From positions 2,720,001 to 2,784,000 of the forward strand of contig CBDCDZ010000004.1 of assembly GCA_965215565.1 (NCBI GenBank): a stretch of 64,000 nucleotides of DNA, in the 5' to 3' direction. Every line of letters starts with the position of its first letter. Within the stretch, counting starts at the first letter, position 1. The translations under genes and the position numbers were made by a program. This document shows, one piece after another, positions 1 through 9,636 of this stretch. Under the pieces are notes generated by a model. The model saw nothing but the letters and a program-made list of their open reading frames with translations, made no database searches and was not told where the DNA came from. The stretch is from Trueperaceae bacterium. GTDB lineage: Bacteria; Deinococcota; Deinococci; Deinococcales; Trueperaceae.

Positions 1-283
1 GTCTAGACGTTCTAAAAGTTTGAAATACTCCCCAAAATGCGTCATCTCCACCCCCAAAGTAGACGTGCGACAGCCCAGAAGACTCTTGAAGTTGACTCTA
101 TCAACCTCTTAGCTAAGTCTTATAGACTGCTGTTTACCTCTAAGAGTACACAAAAAGGAAAGTTGTGTATAGAGGTAGATGTACCTATAGCAAGTCCCTT
201 CAGTTACGAAGTTTCCCTTTCGCCTTGCTGCTTCACTCCCCCTGGGCAAAAACGGTGTAATACGGGTTCTGATTGATTACCTA

Positions 284-539
284 TAACGGTTCCAAGACAT
301 ACTGAGACAGATGAGCGCTTTCCGTAGGCTTTCGCCAAAGGCGGGAGACGGAAGTTTTGGCAACGCTAAAGGCGTCATCACCAAACGTGCGTGCTACGTT
401 TCTGAAAGCTGCTCCGCGGAAGCGAGCAGTCTGAAAGCCCGCAGGGACGCAAGTTTGCTGCCTAGTAACGCCACTTCGAACAGTGAGAACATTTCAAACT
501 AGCTCCGAACGTTAGTGAGACAGACTTTGATACCTGCTA
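284..539 (-). mobile_element. TAGC-ended MITE-like dispersed repeat, copy with several internal inserts
   Basis: Reverse complement starts TAGCAGGTATCA and ends GCGCTCATCTGTCTCAGTATGTCTTGGAACCGTTA, nearly identical to the end of copy 54542-54725. Confidence 0.75.
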
Positions 540-540
540 C

Positions 541-653
541 TACAGCGGTTAGCAGAAGTACTGAGCTTGAATCACGCAGGTATCATCTCATGATGTGCGT
601 GCTGCACAGTGTTTTATCTCGTGAGATTGGCTCAAACCAGATGATACCTGCTA
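541..653 (-). mobile_element. TAGC-ended MITE-like dispersed repeat, minimal ~110-bp copy
   Basis: Perfect GCAGGTATCATCT/AGATGATACCTGC stem; close match to 17034-17144. Confidence 0.8.
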
Positions 654-746
654 TACATAAACTCCGTTATGGAATTTTGCTTTCCTGGAGGGAAACTTCG
701 TAACCAGCAAACGCTTCGGGTTGGCTAGCTGGACCTTATCTGAAAC

Positions 747-764
747 AAGGGGTTGAAACCCCTT
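747..764. repeat. REP-like palindrome AAGGGGTTGAAACCCCTT
   Basis: Same palindrome recurs at 40058-40081. Confidence 0.6.
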
Positions 765-847
765 ATCGTCGCGTGAAGACAGCAGAAGGAGGGCGGCATT
801 CGACTTTTACGTTTCGCCGCGTTCTATCCTCGCTGTTCTATCCTCAC

Positions 848-2134
848 TCAGCCCGACAGCCCCCGCTCACGCGCCCACACGACGGCTTCGGCGCGGGTGT
901 GTACGCCCAACTTCTCATAGACGCGCGTCACGTAGTTGCGCACGGTCTGTTTGGCGATGCCCAGGTCCTCTGAAATCGCCTCGTTGGAGTGACCCTGCGC
1001 CACGCGCTCTAGCACTTGGCGTTCGCGCTTGGTCAGCTCAGAGACCATCTTGGGGTCAAGCTCGCCGGCTTGAAGCTGCGTGAGCTTTTCAACCACCGAG
1101 CGGCTGAACCAGGCGGTATCTTGCATGACCGTGTTGATAGCTTGCATCAGTTCCTCTTCGCTCTGCTTGCGCTTAGTGATGTCGTAAAACATATGCAACA
1201 TACCGTTTTTGCCGTTGAGCGCGATGATTTCGGTAGAGGACAAGATATTGCGTATATCGTCGTGTTTGGTGCGTATATGCAGCTCGACCTCACGGTACGC
1301 GCCCTTGTCGTCCGTCGCCTGCCGAATCGTTTTCTGGTCTTCGGCGGACGCCCACAAGCCTAGCGCCTCGCTCGTGCGCCCTAGCGCCTCATCATGAGCG
1401 TAGCCCGTGAGCCGCTCAAAGGCGCTGTTGACCTCTAGGAGCGTTCCGTCCTCTAAAGAGGTGATGATCGCAGCAACGGGACCGATGCGAAAGGCTTGGC
1501 GGAAGCGGAGTTGGGAGCGCCTGAGCGCCTCCTCCATCTCTTTGCGTTCAGAGATGTCGCGCAGCCCCCAGCGCAGGGTCACCATATCACCCTCTTTAAC
1601 CTGCACCACCTTGACTTCGACGGTGGGCGCTCGCTCTTCACGCTGCATTTTAAGTTGCAACTCCCAGCGTTCGGGCTGCGCCGCTTCCACCTCTTCCTCT
1701 CGCCGCGCCAGTCGCGCTAACGCCTGGCGAAAGTCGGGTTGGGCGCTGCTACGCAAGTAGACTGACAGAGGTTTGCCGCGCAAGTAGTCAGTCGGTTTGC
1801 CTAGAAGACGCTCGGCGGCGCGGTTCGCCTCGCGAATCACGCCCGAGGTATCCGTGACAAGGTAGCCGTCCGGCGCGAACTCGAAGAGGTCGCGGTAGCG
1901 CTGGCGCTCGCGCTCTAATCCCTCTTGCGCCTGGATGAGCGCCTCGTTTTGCTGCGTCAACTCTTCCTCAGCGACTTGAAGCTCCTCTAAGGTAGTCGAA
2001 AGCTGCTCGTATACCTCTAAGTCGGCAAGTACGGGGTTATCCGTGCGGTCTTTCAAGGTGGCGATGTAGCCCTGCAATTTTTCGATGCGTTTGGTAAAGC
2101 CGGTAGTCACGGTTTTACAGTGTCCCTTCCGCAT
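848..2134 (-). CDS. Coiled-coil + PAS-PAS + LuxR-type HTH transcriptional regulator
   Basis: Two PAS-like segments (FEFAPDGYLVTD; FRIGPVAAIITS) and C-terminal LTKRERQVL...GHSNEAISEDLGIAKQTVRNYV LuxR motif; no receiver domain. Confidence 0.85.
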   Translation of the reverse strand: MRKGHCKTVTTGFTKRIEKLQGYIATLKDRTDNPVLADLEVYEQLSTTLEELQVAEEELTQQNEALIQAQEGLERERQRYRDLFEFAPDGYLVTDTSGVIREANRAAERLLGKPTDYLRGKPLSVYLRSSAQPDFRQALARLARREEEVEAAQPERWELQLKMQREERAPTVEVKVVQVKEGDMVTLRWGLRDISERKEMEEALRRSQLRFRQAFRIGPVAAIITSLEDGTLLEVNSAFERLTGYAHDEALGRTSEALGLWASAEDQKTIRQATDDKGAYREVELHIRTKHDDIRNILSSTEIIALNGKNGMLHMFYDITKRKQSEEELMQAINTVMQDTAWFSRSVVEKLTQLQAGELDPKMVSELTKRERQVLERVAQGHSNEAISEDLGIAKQTVRNYVTRVYEKLGVHTRAEAVVWARERGLSG

Positions 2135-2217
2135 ATCTCCCTGGGGTCATCCTAGAACTTCTATAGTTTCCTATAAGAAAGTGTAGCGTCTTTTACGGTT
2201 TAGAACTAGACGTTTGC

Positions 2218-2559
2218 TTACGTTTCTTTAGGTACATCTGTACTCTCTTCAGCATCTAAGTCAGCATCTAAACCCGCAGCCGAGTCGGGCCTAGAATCGG
2301 TCTCTAGCTCATCTAACTTAGCCACTTTCGCCTCAGTCTCGTGGTGTTCGTCGTGGGCGTCGTGGAGGGTCTGCTCGAAGCCGTGGGACTGGTCCTCGAG
2401 TTTATGAATCCCCGCTTCCGCGCGTTCGATCGTCGTTTCCAACCTCTTTGTACTCTTTTTTGCCCTAGCGACTTCCGCCTCGAGCTTCTGCGCCAACGCT
2501 TCTACCTCTTGCGCTTTCGCCTCTGCTTCCGCCGCCTCGCTTTTGTCACGCTCGTCCAT
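2218..2559 (-). CDS. Small acidic coiled-coil protein
   Basis: E/A/K-rich heptads; overlaps cheR stop with a GGGGG SD-like sequence upstream. Confidence 0.6.
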   Translation of the reverse strand: MDERDKSEAAEAEAKAQEVEALAQKLEAEVARAKKSTKRLETTIERAEAGIHKLEDQSHGFEQTLHDAHDEHHETEAKVAKLDELETDSRPDSAAGLDADLDAEESTDVPKET

Positions 2560-4450
2560 TTGCCGCCCCCTCTTCCATAAGCAGAATAACCCCCCGCAAA
2601 TCGTTGTCCAGCGCGTCGAAGCTCGTACAGGTCACGCGGCACTGAAATGTTCTGCCGCGCCGATTGAGCGCCTTTAATACGACCTCTTCGTGTTTGGACC
2701 TATCCGTTAGACAAGCCCGTACGGGCGCTTTTAGGGCGTCCACATCGACGCCAATATCCAAGGTGAAGAGCGAACGCCCCGCCACCTCGTCGGCGCGTAG
2801 CCCCCACAGGTCTTCGGCGCGGGCGTTCCAGATATAGATATTGAACTGATAGTCCAGGACGATGACCGCCGCGCGCAAACTGCCTAAAATGGACTCCAAA
2901 AAGATGTTTAAGCGGTCCACCTCTTCGGTGCGGCGGCGCATCTCTTCGTTCATCGTCTCAAGCTCTTCGTTAGTGGACTGCATCTCCTCGTTCATCGTTT
3001 CAAGCTCTTCGTTAGTGCTCTGCATCTCTTCGTTGGTGGTCTCCAACTCCTCCACCGTAGACTGAAGCTCTTCGTTGGTGGTCTCTAGCTCTTCGTTGGT
3101 GGACTGAAGCTCTTCGTAGGCGGTCTCTAGCTCCGTGTTGGACAGCTCGAGGCTGTTCTGTAAGCGCTTGTGTACGCTCACGTCGCGAAAGAGGATGCTG
3201 ACGCCTAGCGCTTTTATCCCGTTGCCAGAGCCGTTGCCGCCATTGACCAGCGGGACGATCTGCACGTCCAAGTGGAGCACGTCGCCTTCGGAAGCGTACT
3301 CGAGGCTGCCCAAGTGAATAAGCTCGCGCGTCTCCAGCACGCTGTCGATATGGGTGCGCAGTTCGGTGGGCTGATAGGAGAGCCTGAGATCTTGAAAGTT
3401 GCGCCCGATGTCCTCGTCGGAGATATCAAAGAGGGTGCGGGCGCGGGTATTGGCGAGCGCGAGCCGCCCTCTGGCGTCCACCACAATTTGCGCTTCGGGC
3501 GACACGTTAAAAGCAACCTCGCGCAGCCGCACCTCTTGCGCCACCCACCGCCCCCCCTCTTCGCCGCCCGCTTGGGTCAGCGTGAGGAGGCGTTCGCGCA
3601 AGCTCCCACTTTCGGACTTCGTGAAGAGCCGGTGCTTGAGGCTGAGCGGCTTAAAGCGCTCCGAGCGCGAGAGCATCGTCTCGGCTTTGCCCAAAAAGAG
3701 CGTGCCGCCCTCCTTGAGCGCGAAGTGAAAACGCGCCAAAACGCGGCTCTGCAGTTCGCGGTTAAAGTACATCAGCGTGTTGCGGCAGACCAAGAGGTCG
3801 AGCTGCGAGATGGGCGCGTCGCTCACTAAGTTGTGCCGCCCGAAGATCACAGAGCGGCGCAAGTCGCTCCGAAAGACGTAGCTGCCCGAGGCGTACTCGA
3901 AGTAGCGCTCCAAGAGGTCCGCGTCCACATCCGCGACCCTATCCGCGCTATAGACTCCCCCCCGCGCACGCACGAGGTCTTCCTCGTCGATATCGGTGGC
4001 GTAAATCTTGACCTGTTTGCGAAAGGCGTTCGCGCCCAGCGCCTCGGCGAGCAAGATGGCGAGCGTGTACGCCTCTTCGCCCGTCGCGCAGCCCGCACTC
4101 CAGGCGCGAATGGGCCCATCCGCCTTTTGCGCCACAAGCGGCGCGATGACCTCTTCGTCAAGCGCGCGCCACGCCGCCTCGTTGCGAAAAAAAGAGGTCA
4201 CGTTAATCAGGACGGTATTGAAGAGCAAATCGAACTCTTCGGGGTGGACCTCCAAATAGTCGAGGTAGTCACTGAACGATTCCACCGCGACGACTTGCAT
4301 CCGCCGCTCGAAGCGCCGCATCAAAGAGGTGCGCTTGTAGCCCGTAAAGTCGATGCTGCGCTTGACGTTTAAGTACTCGAGCAAGTCCTCAAACGCCGCT
4401 CTATCCTGGGCTTGCACCTTATCGTTTTCTGGACCGTCAAAGGCGCTCAC
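2546..4450 (-). CDS. cheR: CheR-type methyltransferase fused to PAS - coiled-coil - PAS
   Basis: INVTSFFRN, WSAGCATGEEAYT, YATDID and LLVCRNTLMYF CheR motifs; EELQSTNEELETT repeats. Confidence 0.9.
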   Translation of the reverse strand: MSAFDGPENDKVQAQDRAAFEDLLEYLNVKRSIDFTGYKRTSLMRRFERRMQVVAVESFSDYLDYLEVHPEEFDLLFNTVLINVTSFFRNEAAWRALDEEVIAPLVAQKADGPIRAWSAGCATGEEAYTLAILLAEALGANAFRKQVKIYATDIDEEDLVRARGGVYSADRVADVDADLLERYFEYASGSYVFRSDLRRSVIFGRHNLVSDAPISQLDLLVCRNTLMYFNRELQSRVLARFHFALKEGGTLFLGKAETMLSRSERFKPLSLKHRLFTKSESGSLRERLLTLTQAGGEEGGRWVAQEVRLREVAFNVSPEAQIVVDARGRLALANTRARTLFDISDEDIGRNFQDLRLSYQPTELRTHIDSVLETRELIHLGSLEYASEGDVLHLDVQIVPLVNGGNGSGNGIKALGVSILFRDVSVHKRLQNSLELSNTELETAYEELQSTNEELETTNEELQSTVEELETTNEEMQSTNEELETMNEEMQSTNEELETMNEEMRRRTEEVDRLNIFLESILGSLRAAVIVLDYQFNIYIWNARAEDLWGLRADEVAGRSLFTLDIGVDVDALKAPVRACLTDRSKHEEVVLKALNRRGRTFQCRVTCTSFDALDNDLRGVILLMEEGAANGRA

Positions 4451-5076
4451 GGGGTTCTCTCAATGGGTTGGCCGGCGTCGGAATCGACCCTTGAAGAGGT
4501 CAGCTCGAGCAGTTTCGCCGCGAGTGCCTCCAGGGGCAGCACGAAGTCCACCGCGCCCGTCTCAATCGCCGCTCTGGGCATCCCGAAATGTTGCGCGCTC
4601 GCCTCGTCTTGCGCCAGGGTCACGCCGCCTTTCTCCTTGACGACTTTGGTACCATTTTTGCCGTCGCGGCCCGTACCCGAGAGCACCACCGCGATGACCT
4701 CTTGCGCGTAGACCGTTGCCGCTGACTCGAAGAGCGCGTCCGCCGAGGGGCGCACGTACTGAACTTGAACCGTGTGCGTCAGGGTGAGCCTCCTTTTATC
4801 TGTCACTAATACGTGAAAGTCCGGCGGCGCACAGTAGACCGTTCCCGCCTGGAGCGTGTCGCCCTCTTCGACCTGCTTCACGTGCATGTCCGTATAGCGC
4901 CCTAGAATTTCTGCCATCCGGCTGCGGTGGTCTGGCGAGAGGTGCAGCACGATGACGAGCGGAGCGGGGAAGCTCTCGGGCAGGTGCGAGAGGAGCGTTT
5001 CTAACGCCACGAGCCCCCCCGCCGACGCTGCAACAACAACAAGGCGGGACGCGGGCTCAGACGGTGCGTTGTTCAT
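4447..5076 (-). CDS. cheB: Stand-alone CheB methylesterase (no receiver domain)
   Basis: AASAGG, VLHL, RPSAD, LSGTGRDG and GMPRAAI motifs; Ser-His-Asp triad intact. Confidence 0.92.
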   Translation of the reverse strand: MNNAPSEPASRLVVVAASAGGLVALETLLSHLPESFPAPLVIVLHLSPDHRSRMAEILGRYTDMHVKQVEEGDTLQAGTVYCAPPDFHVLVTDKRRLTLTHTVQVQYVRPSADALFESAATVYAQEVIAVVLSGTGRDGKNGTKVVKEKGGVTLAQDEASAQHFGMPRAAIETGAVDFVLPLEALAAKLLELTSSRVDSDAGQPIERTP

Positions 5077-5158
5077 AGATACAGTATGACAGGTAAAGAG
5101 GTAGAAGGGGCTCGAGTTGGACGAAGTTCACGGGCGTGTAGCGCTGAAAAATAGCCCG

Positions 5159-5233
5159 TCAGCCTGTCAGCTAGTTAGCATCTCAGGTTTTTAGTCTTTC
5201 CTAACTAGCTGAAGTGCTGAGATGCTGACTAGC
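5159..5233. repeat. Degenerate inverted heptamer-type repeat (GCTAGTTAGCATCTCAG...CTGAGATGCTGACTAGC)
   Basis: Imperfect long hairpin directly after the carboxylase stop; similar to 41402-41468. Confidence 0.5.
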
Positions 5234-5235
5234 TT

Positions 5236-6906
5236 TTACACCTGAAATACGCCGACTTTCAGTTCCTCCATCTCCGCATTCTGCGCACAAGCGTCCAACG
5301 CTCGGATAAGTCTGTCTCTAGTCTCTAAGGGCAAGATCACCTCATCCACCCAGAGCCGCGCCGCCGCGTAGCGGATGTCCAGAGCGCGGTCAAAGTCGCC
5401 GCGAATCTGCTCGTACAAGGTAGCAATCTCTTCGTCGTCGGGCTCTTTGCCTGCACGTTTAAGCTGCGCTGCCTGAATGTCCAGAATCGTTTTCGCGGCC
5501 TGCTGACCGCCCATCACGCTGTACTTGGCGCTCGGCCACGCGAAGATAAAGCGCGGCGCGTACGCCTTGCCGCTCATGGCGTAGTGCCCCGCGCCGTACG
5601 AACCGCCCAAAATAACGCTGAGACGCGGTACAACGCTGTTCGAGACTGCGTTGACCATCTTCGCGCCGCGCCGGATGATGCCCTCGTGTTCGCTCTCGCG
5701 CCCGACCATAAAGCCGTTGACGTCGTGGAGGAAGATTAAAGGAATTCCCATCTGATTGCAGTTGAGAATAAAGCGCGCCGCCTTGTCCGCCGCGTCGCCG
5801 TAGATGACGCCGCCGACTTGGAGCTTCCCCTGCGACTTCACAGCAGTCTTCTGATTCGCTACAATGCCGACGGCGTAACCGCCCAGCCGCGCCGTCCCGC
5901 AGACAATCGTCTTGCCGAATTTGGCTTTGTACTCGTCGAAGGTGGAGCCGTCTACGAGTCGTCCAATGACCTCGCGCACCTCATAAGGACGCTTGCCCCC
6001 TTCGGGTGGCACGATGCCCAAGAGGTCTTGCGGCTTGAGCTTGGGTTCTTTGATCTCTTCCCTGTCCTTCGCCCAGGGCGCTAACTTGGCGGGCGCGTAC
6101 GTCCCTGCTAGGCTGCGCAACCTCTTTAAGGCGCTCTCGTCGTCGGGCTCGTGATAGTCCACGGTCCCCGCGATCTCCGCGTGCATCGCCGCGCCGCCCA
6201 AATCCTCGCTGCTGACCTCTTGCCCAATGGCGGCTTTGACCAGTGCCGGGCCTGCCAGATAGAGCCCCGAGCCCTCCGTCATGATGAGCGTGTCGCACAT
6301 GACGGGCAGGTACGCCCCGCCCGCCACGCAGTTCCCCATGATCGCCGCCATCTGCGGGATGCCCAGCGCGCTCATGCGGGCGTTGAGGTAGAAGACGCGC
6401 CCGAAGTCGTCCTGGTCAGGGAAAATCTCGTCTTGCATCGGCAGATACACGCCCGCTGAATCCACGAGGTAGATCGTCGGTAGGTGATTTTCCAAGGCGA
6501 TGGTCTGCGCCCGAATCACCTTTTTCGCCGTAATCGGAAAGAACGCGCCCGCCTTGACCGTGGCGTCGTTCGCGACGATCAGCCAGTCGCGCCCCGCCAC
6601 CTTGCCGATGCCTGCCACCGTTCCACCAGCAGGCGCACCGCCGACCTCTTCATACAACCCGTCGCCCGCAAAGGTCATCAGTTCGTCGAACGGCGTGTCC
6701 TTGTCGATCAACTTGGCAATGCGCTCCCTCGCCACCAAACGGTTCTTGCTGTGCTGCCGCTTGACGGCTTTCTCGCCGCCGCCCTTCGCCACTCGTTCAC
6801 GCTCTTTTTGCAAGCCTGAAGTGTGCTCCGCCCAAGACCTCTTCTGCGCGTGAAAGGGGTCGTTGCGACGCTCTTCTAGGGAGAGGTTGGTCTCGAGCTT
6901 ATCCAC
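5236..6906 (-). CDS. Acyl-CoA (methylcrotonyl/propionyl-CoA) carboxylase, carboxyltransferase beta subunit
   Basis: NDATVKAGA, YLVDSAG, GNCVAGGAY and GSYGAGHYAM motifs. Confidence 0.9.
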   Translation of the reverse strand: MDKLETNLSLEERRNDPFHAQKRSWAEHTSGLQKERERVAKGGGEKAVKRQHSKNRLVARERIAKLIDKDTPFDELMTFAGDGLYEEVGGAPAGGTVAGIGKVAGRDWLIVANDATVKAGAFFPITAKKVIRAQTIALENHLPTIYLVDSAGVYLPMQDEIFPDQDDFGRVFYLNARMSALGIPQMAAIMGNCVAGGAYLPVMCDTLIMTEGSGLYLAGPALVKAAIGQEVSSEDLGGAAMHAEIAGTVDYHEPDDESALKRLRSLAGTYAPAKLAPWAKDREEIKEPKLKPQDLLGIVPPEGGKRPYEVREVIGRLVDGSTFDEYKAKFGKTIVCGTARLGGYAVGIVANQKTAVKSQGKLQVGGVIYGDAADKAARFILNCNQMGIPLIFLHDVNGFMVGRESEHEGIIRRGAKMVNAVSNSVVPRLSVILGGSYGAGHYAMSGKAYAPRFIFAWPSAKYSVMGGQQAAKTILDIQAAQLKRAGKEPDDEEIATLYEQIRGDFDRALDIRYAAARLWVDEVILPLETRDRLIRALDACAQNAEMEELKVGVFQV

Positions 6907-6973
6907 GGCGAACTCTGAGTATTCTGTCAGCTAAAAAATGAGGTACGTCATGAGCGTAGCGAACTAGGAAGTA

Positions 6974-7050
6974 GCGAGCAATGAGCAACGAGCAGTGAGT
7001 GAAGGGCTTTTGATTTTCACTCACTGCTCGTTGCTCGGAACTCATTGCTC
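6974..7050. repeat. Inverted array of tandem heptamers (nnGAGCA)n...(TGCTCnn)n
   Basis: GCGAGCA ATGAGCA ACGAGCA GTGAGTG followed by its reverse complement. Confidence 0.7.
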
Positions 7051-7216
7051 TTTTGAAGACCCTTCGCAAGCTCAACGCCCTACTCGCGCGAGCAGGATGA
7101 CAGCCTGCTCCTTCTGTTCGTAAATACTCCACATTCAAAACCTGTCCAACGTGCCACAAAACCCGTCTATCCGTCACTTTTCGCCTCCATTTTGTGCCTC
7201 AGTGTACGCCAACACC

Positions 7217-7433
7217 TGTGGATAAGTCCGCTCTAAACTGTGGATAACTTTGACGCTTGACAAAGGGGTGACAAATTTGTTAGGCGATTGTAAATTCTTC
7301 ACAATGCTAGAAAATGCGTCACAGACGGCGTTTCTGACTTCTCGAGCGCAGTTTTTACGTACTGGTGGGGCTTCGTGCGTTATCCACAGGCTGTGGCTAA
7401 CCTGTGGATAACTGTGGATAACCCTGTGGACCA
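7217..7433. promoter_or_regulatory. DnaA-box cluster
   Basis: Perfect TTATCCACA/TGTGGATAA at 7217, 7239, 7380, 7403 and 7413; degenerate boxes at 7392 and 7425. Confidence 0.8.
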
Positions 7434-8047
7434 TGCCGGGAGCTTGCGGCTCGCTTAGCGGCGCGTACAAAGTCCTGTATCTTGACTTTTCCCTTGATAC
7501 CGGGGCTCAGCTCCACGCCCGAGGCGACATCTACCGCGTAGGGCTGCAAGATATTCACCGCCTCCGCGACGTTCTCAGGCGTCAAGCCGCCCGCTAAGAT
7601 GAAGCGCGGAAGACCTTTTAAGTGTTCGGCTAGGGACCACTCGAACCGCTCGCCGCTCCCCGGTTGGAGCCCGTCTATCAAAAATGCGTCCGCTGGAAAG
7701 TCCTGCAACCTCTCCACGTCAAGCCCGGCGTGAAACGAGACCGCCCGGATAACCTGAATGTGAGGCCGGAGTTCAGCGGCGTACGCGGCGCTCTCCTGTC
7801 CGTGAAGTTGGACCGCTGCAAGCTTGAGCGTCCGCGCAGCTTCCAAAACCTCACCCAGAGGCGCGTTGACGAAAACGCCGACACGGGAAATAAACGGACC
7901 CAACACGCTGCTGATCTCGGCGGCTTGTCCTAACGTTACGAGGCGCTTAGACCGCTCCGCAAAGATGAGCCCAACCGCGTCCGCGCCCGCTTCTTCCGCC
8001 GCTAGAGCGTCCTCGACTCTGGTGATGCCGCAAATCTTGATTCGCAT
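7397..8047 (-). CDS. trpF: Phosphoribosylanthranilate isomerase
   Basis: MRIKICGITR, VQLHGQES, LAGGLTPENV and VDVASGVE; true ATG at 8047. Confidence 0.93.
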   Translation of the reverse strand: MRIKICGITRVEDALAAEEAGADAVGLIFAERSKRLVTLGQAAEISSVLGPFISRVGVFVNAPLGEVLEAARTLKLAAVQLHGQESAAYAAELRPHIQVIRAVSFHAGLDVERLQDFPADAFLIDGLQPGSGERFEWSLAEHLKGLPRFILAGGLTPENVAEAVNILQPYAVDVASGVELSPGIKGKVKIQDFVRAAKRAASSRHGPQGYPQLSTG

Positions 8048-8048
8048 A

Positions 8049-9617
8049 TTAAAACCGCTGCACAATCTCCACCTCGACCCCATACGCCTCCGCGAACAGC
8101 TCGCTACGCAAGTTTGCCTCTTGCACCTCAGTCGAAACGTCCGTGTCAGCAAGTGCCTCGATCTGCACGTATCCCTTGCCGACGTGACACCTGACCTCTT
8201 TGACGTTCTGCGCCTTGCTCCGCTCCAAGTACTCCGCTAAGCGCAGCAGCGCCGCGAGCTTGGCGAGGCGTTCCATGTCGCCGTCTTTTAAGAGGTCGTC
8301 TAAGCCCTCGTCCTCGGGCGAATCGTCGTCGCGGTGGTAGCGCACCAGCAGGGCGATGAGCGCCTGCTCGCGCTGGGTGTAGCCCGGCAAGGGGCGGTTC
8401 ATCATGATGTAAAAACCGTGCTCCTCGTGGTCGTCGTACGCAACCGCCATACCGATGTCGTGGAGGCGTGCGCCCGCCGCCAAGAGGTCTCGCTCGGCGT
8501 CGCCGTAGCCGTGCAGCGTGCTGAGCTGATCGAAGAGGTCTAGAGCGAGCTTCTGGACGTGATCATTGTGGGACTCGTTGTCGTAGTAAAGCCGCTCCAA
8601 GTTGCGCACGCTAAAGTCGCGGAGTTCTTCTGCGCTCTCGAACAGGGGTGGGTCTCTGTCCAAGAGGTAGCCGTAGAAGAGCCCCTCGCGCAGGCCCTGG
8701 TCACAGATGACGTAGCTGGATGCGCCCGTGATCTTGAGCACCTCCAGAGCCGTCACCGCGCCCGCCGTGATGATGTCCGCGCGGTCTGACTTGAGCCCGG
8801 AGACGTCGTCGCGGATGTCTTCAACTTTCATGTCCAAGAGGTCTTCGGTGATGTCCTCCAAATCGTCTTTGCTCAAAACGTAGTGGTGCACGAGGTCGCC
8901 GGAATGAGAGTCGCGGTCGATTTGGATTTTGGCGAGGTTGCGGAGCGTGCCGCCCATGCCGATAAGAGGCAGGTCTTCGGCGCAGCCTTCGAAGTCGCTC
9001 ATCAGCCCTCTGACGTGCTTTACAAGCGCCTTGACCTCTTTTTTCTTGGGCGGATCGGAGGTCAAGAACTGCTCGGTCATGCGCAGCGCGCCGATGGTGT
9101 AGGAATTCGCTTGGGTCATCTTGCGCCCCTCGAGCTTGCTCATCTCAGCGCTGCCCCCGCCGATATCGAAGACGTAAGCGTCGCTAAAAGGGAGGCTGTT
9201 CGCGGCGGCAACGGCTTCGTAATACGCCTCTTCCTCGTCGGACAAGATGCGCGGCTCGAGGCTGGTGCGGCTCCTCACCTCGTCTAAAAAGTTCTCGCCG
9301 TTAGACGCCTCACGCACGGCGCTCGTCGCGGTGATGCAGACCTCTTCGACGCCCGCCGCCTTGCAGTAGGCGTCGAAAGTCGTGAGCGCCCGCATCGCCC
9401 TCTCTGCAGCGTCCACGCGCAGCACGTCAGCCTTGCCCATCCCTTCAGCCAAACGCACCAGTTGGCGGATTTCGTCGATCTCGTGGTAGGAGTGATTCTT
9501 TCGGTACTCGAACAGCACTAGCTTGCTCGTGTTCGAACCTAAGTCGATGATAGCGACCTCTTTGACATCCGAGGTGCGGGACTTTCTCGACGATTTCTTC
9601 TTCTGATTTGTGCTCAT
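8049..9617 (-). CDS. ppx: Ppx/GppA exopolyphosphatase family protein
   Basis: IDLGSNT, ATSAVREASN, FDIGGGSAE, GLREG and HD-like LHDIG C-terminal domain. Confidence 0.88.
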   Translation of the reverse strand: MSTNQKKKSSRKSRTSDVKEVAIIDLGSNTSKLVLFEYRKNHSYHEIDEIRQLVRLAEGMGKADVLRVDAAERAMRALTTFDAYCKAAGVEEVCITATSAVREASNGENFLDEVRSRTSLEPRILSDEEEAYYEAVAAANSLPFSDAYVFDIGGGSAEMSKLEGRKMTQANSYTIGALRMTEQFLTSDPPKKKEVKALVKHVRGLMSDFEGCAEDLPLIGMGGTLRNLAKIQIDRDSHSGDLVHHYVLSKDDLEDITEDLLDMKVEDIRDDVSGLKSDRADIITAGAVTALEVLKITGASSYVICDQGLREGLFYGYLLDRDPPLFESAEELRDFSVRNLERLYYDNESHNDHVQKLALDLFDQLSTLHGYGDAERDLLAAGARLHDIGMAVAYDDHEEHGFYIMMNRPLPGYTQREQALIALLVRYHRDDDSPEDEGLDDLLKDGDMERLAKLAALLRLAEYLERSKAQNVKEVRCHVGKGYVQIEALADTDVSTEVQEANLRSELFAEAYGVEVEIVQRF

Positions 9618-9636
9618 CGGCTCAGTATGGCATATG

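Noticed and set aside
37..703. Short ORFs 37-276, 311-502 and 515-703 (also 16967-17323, 36414-36638, 54405-54805)
   Set aside because: They are translations of the repeat elements (shared SNQMIPAI-type peptides) with no independent coding evidence.
6899..7470. ORFs 6899-7177 and 7174-7470
   Set aside because: They span heptamer repeats and DnaA boxes and show no protein-family signal.
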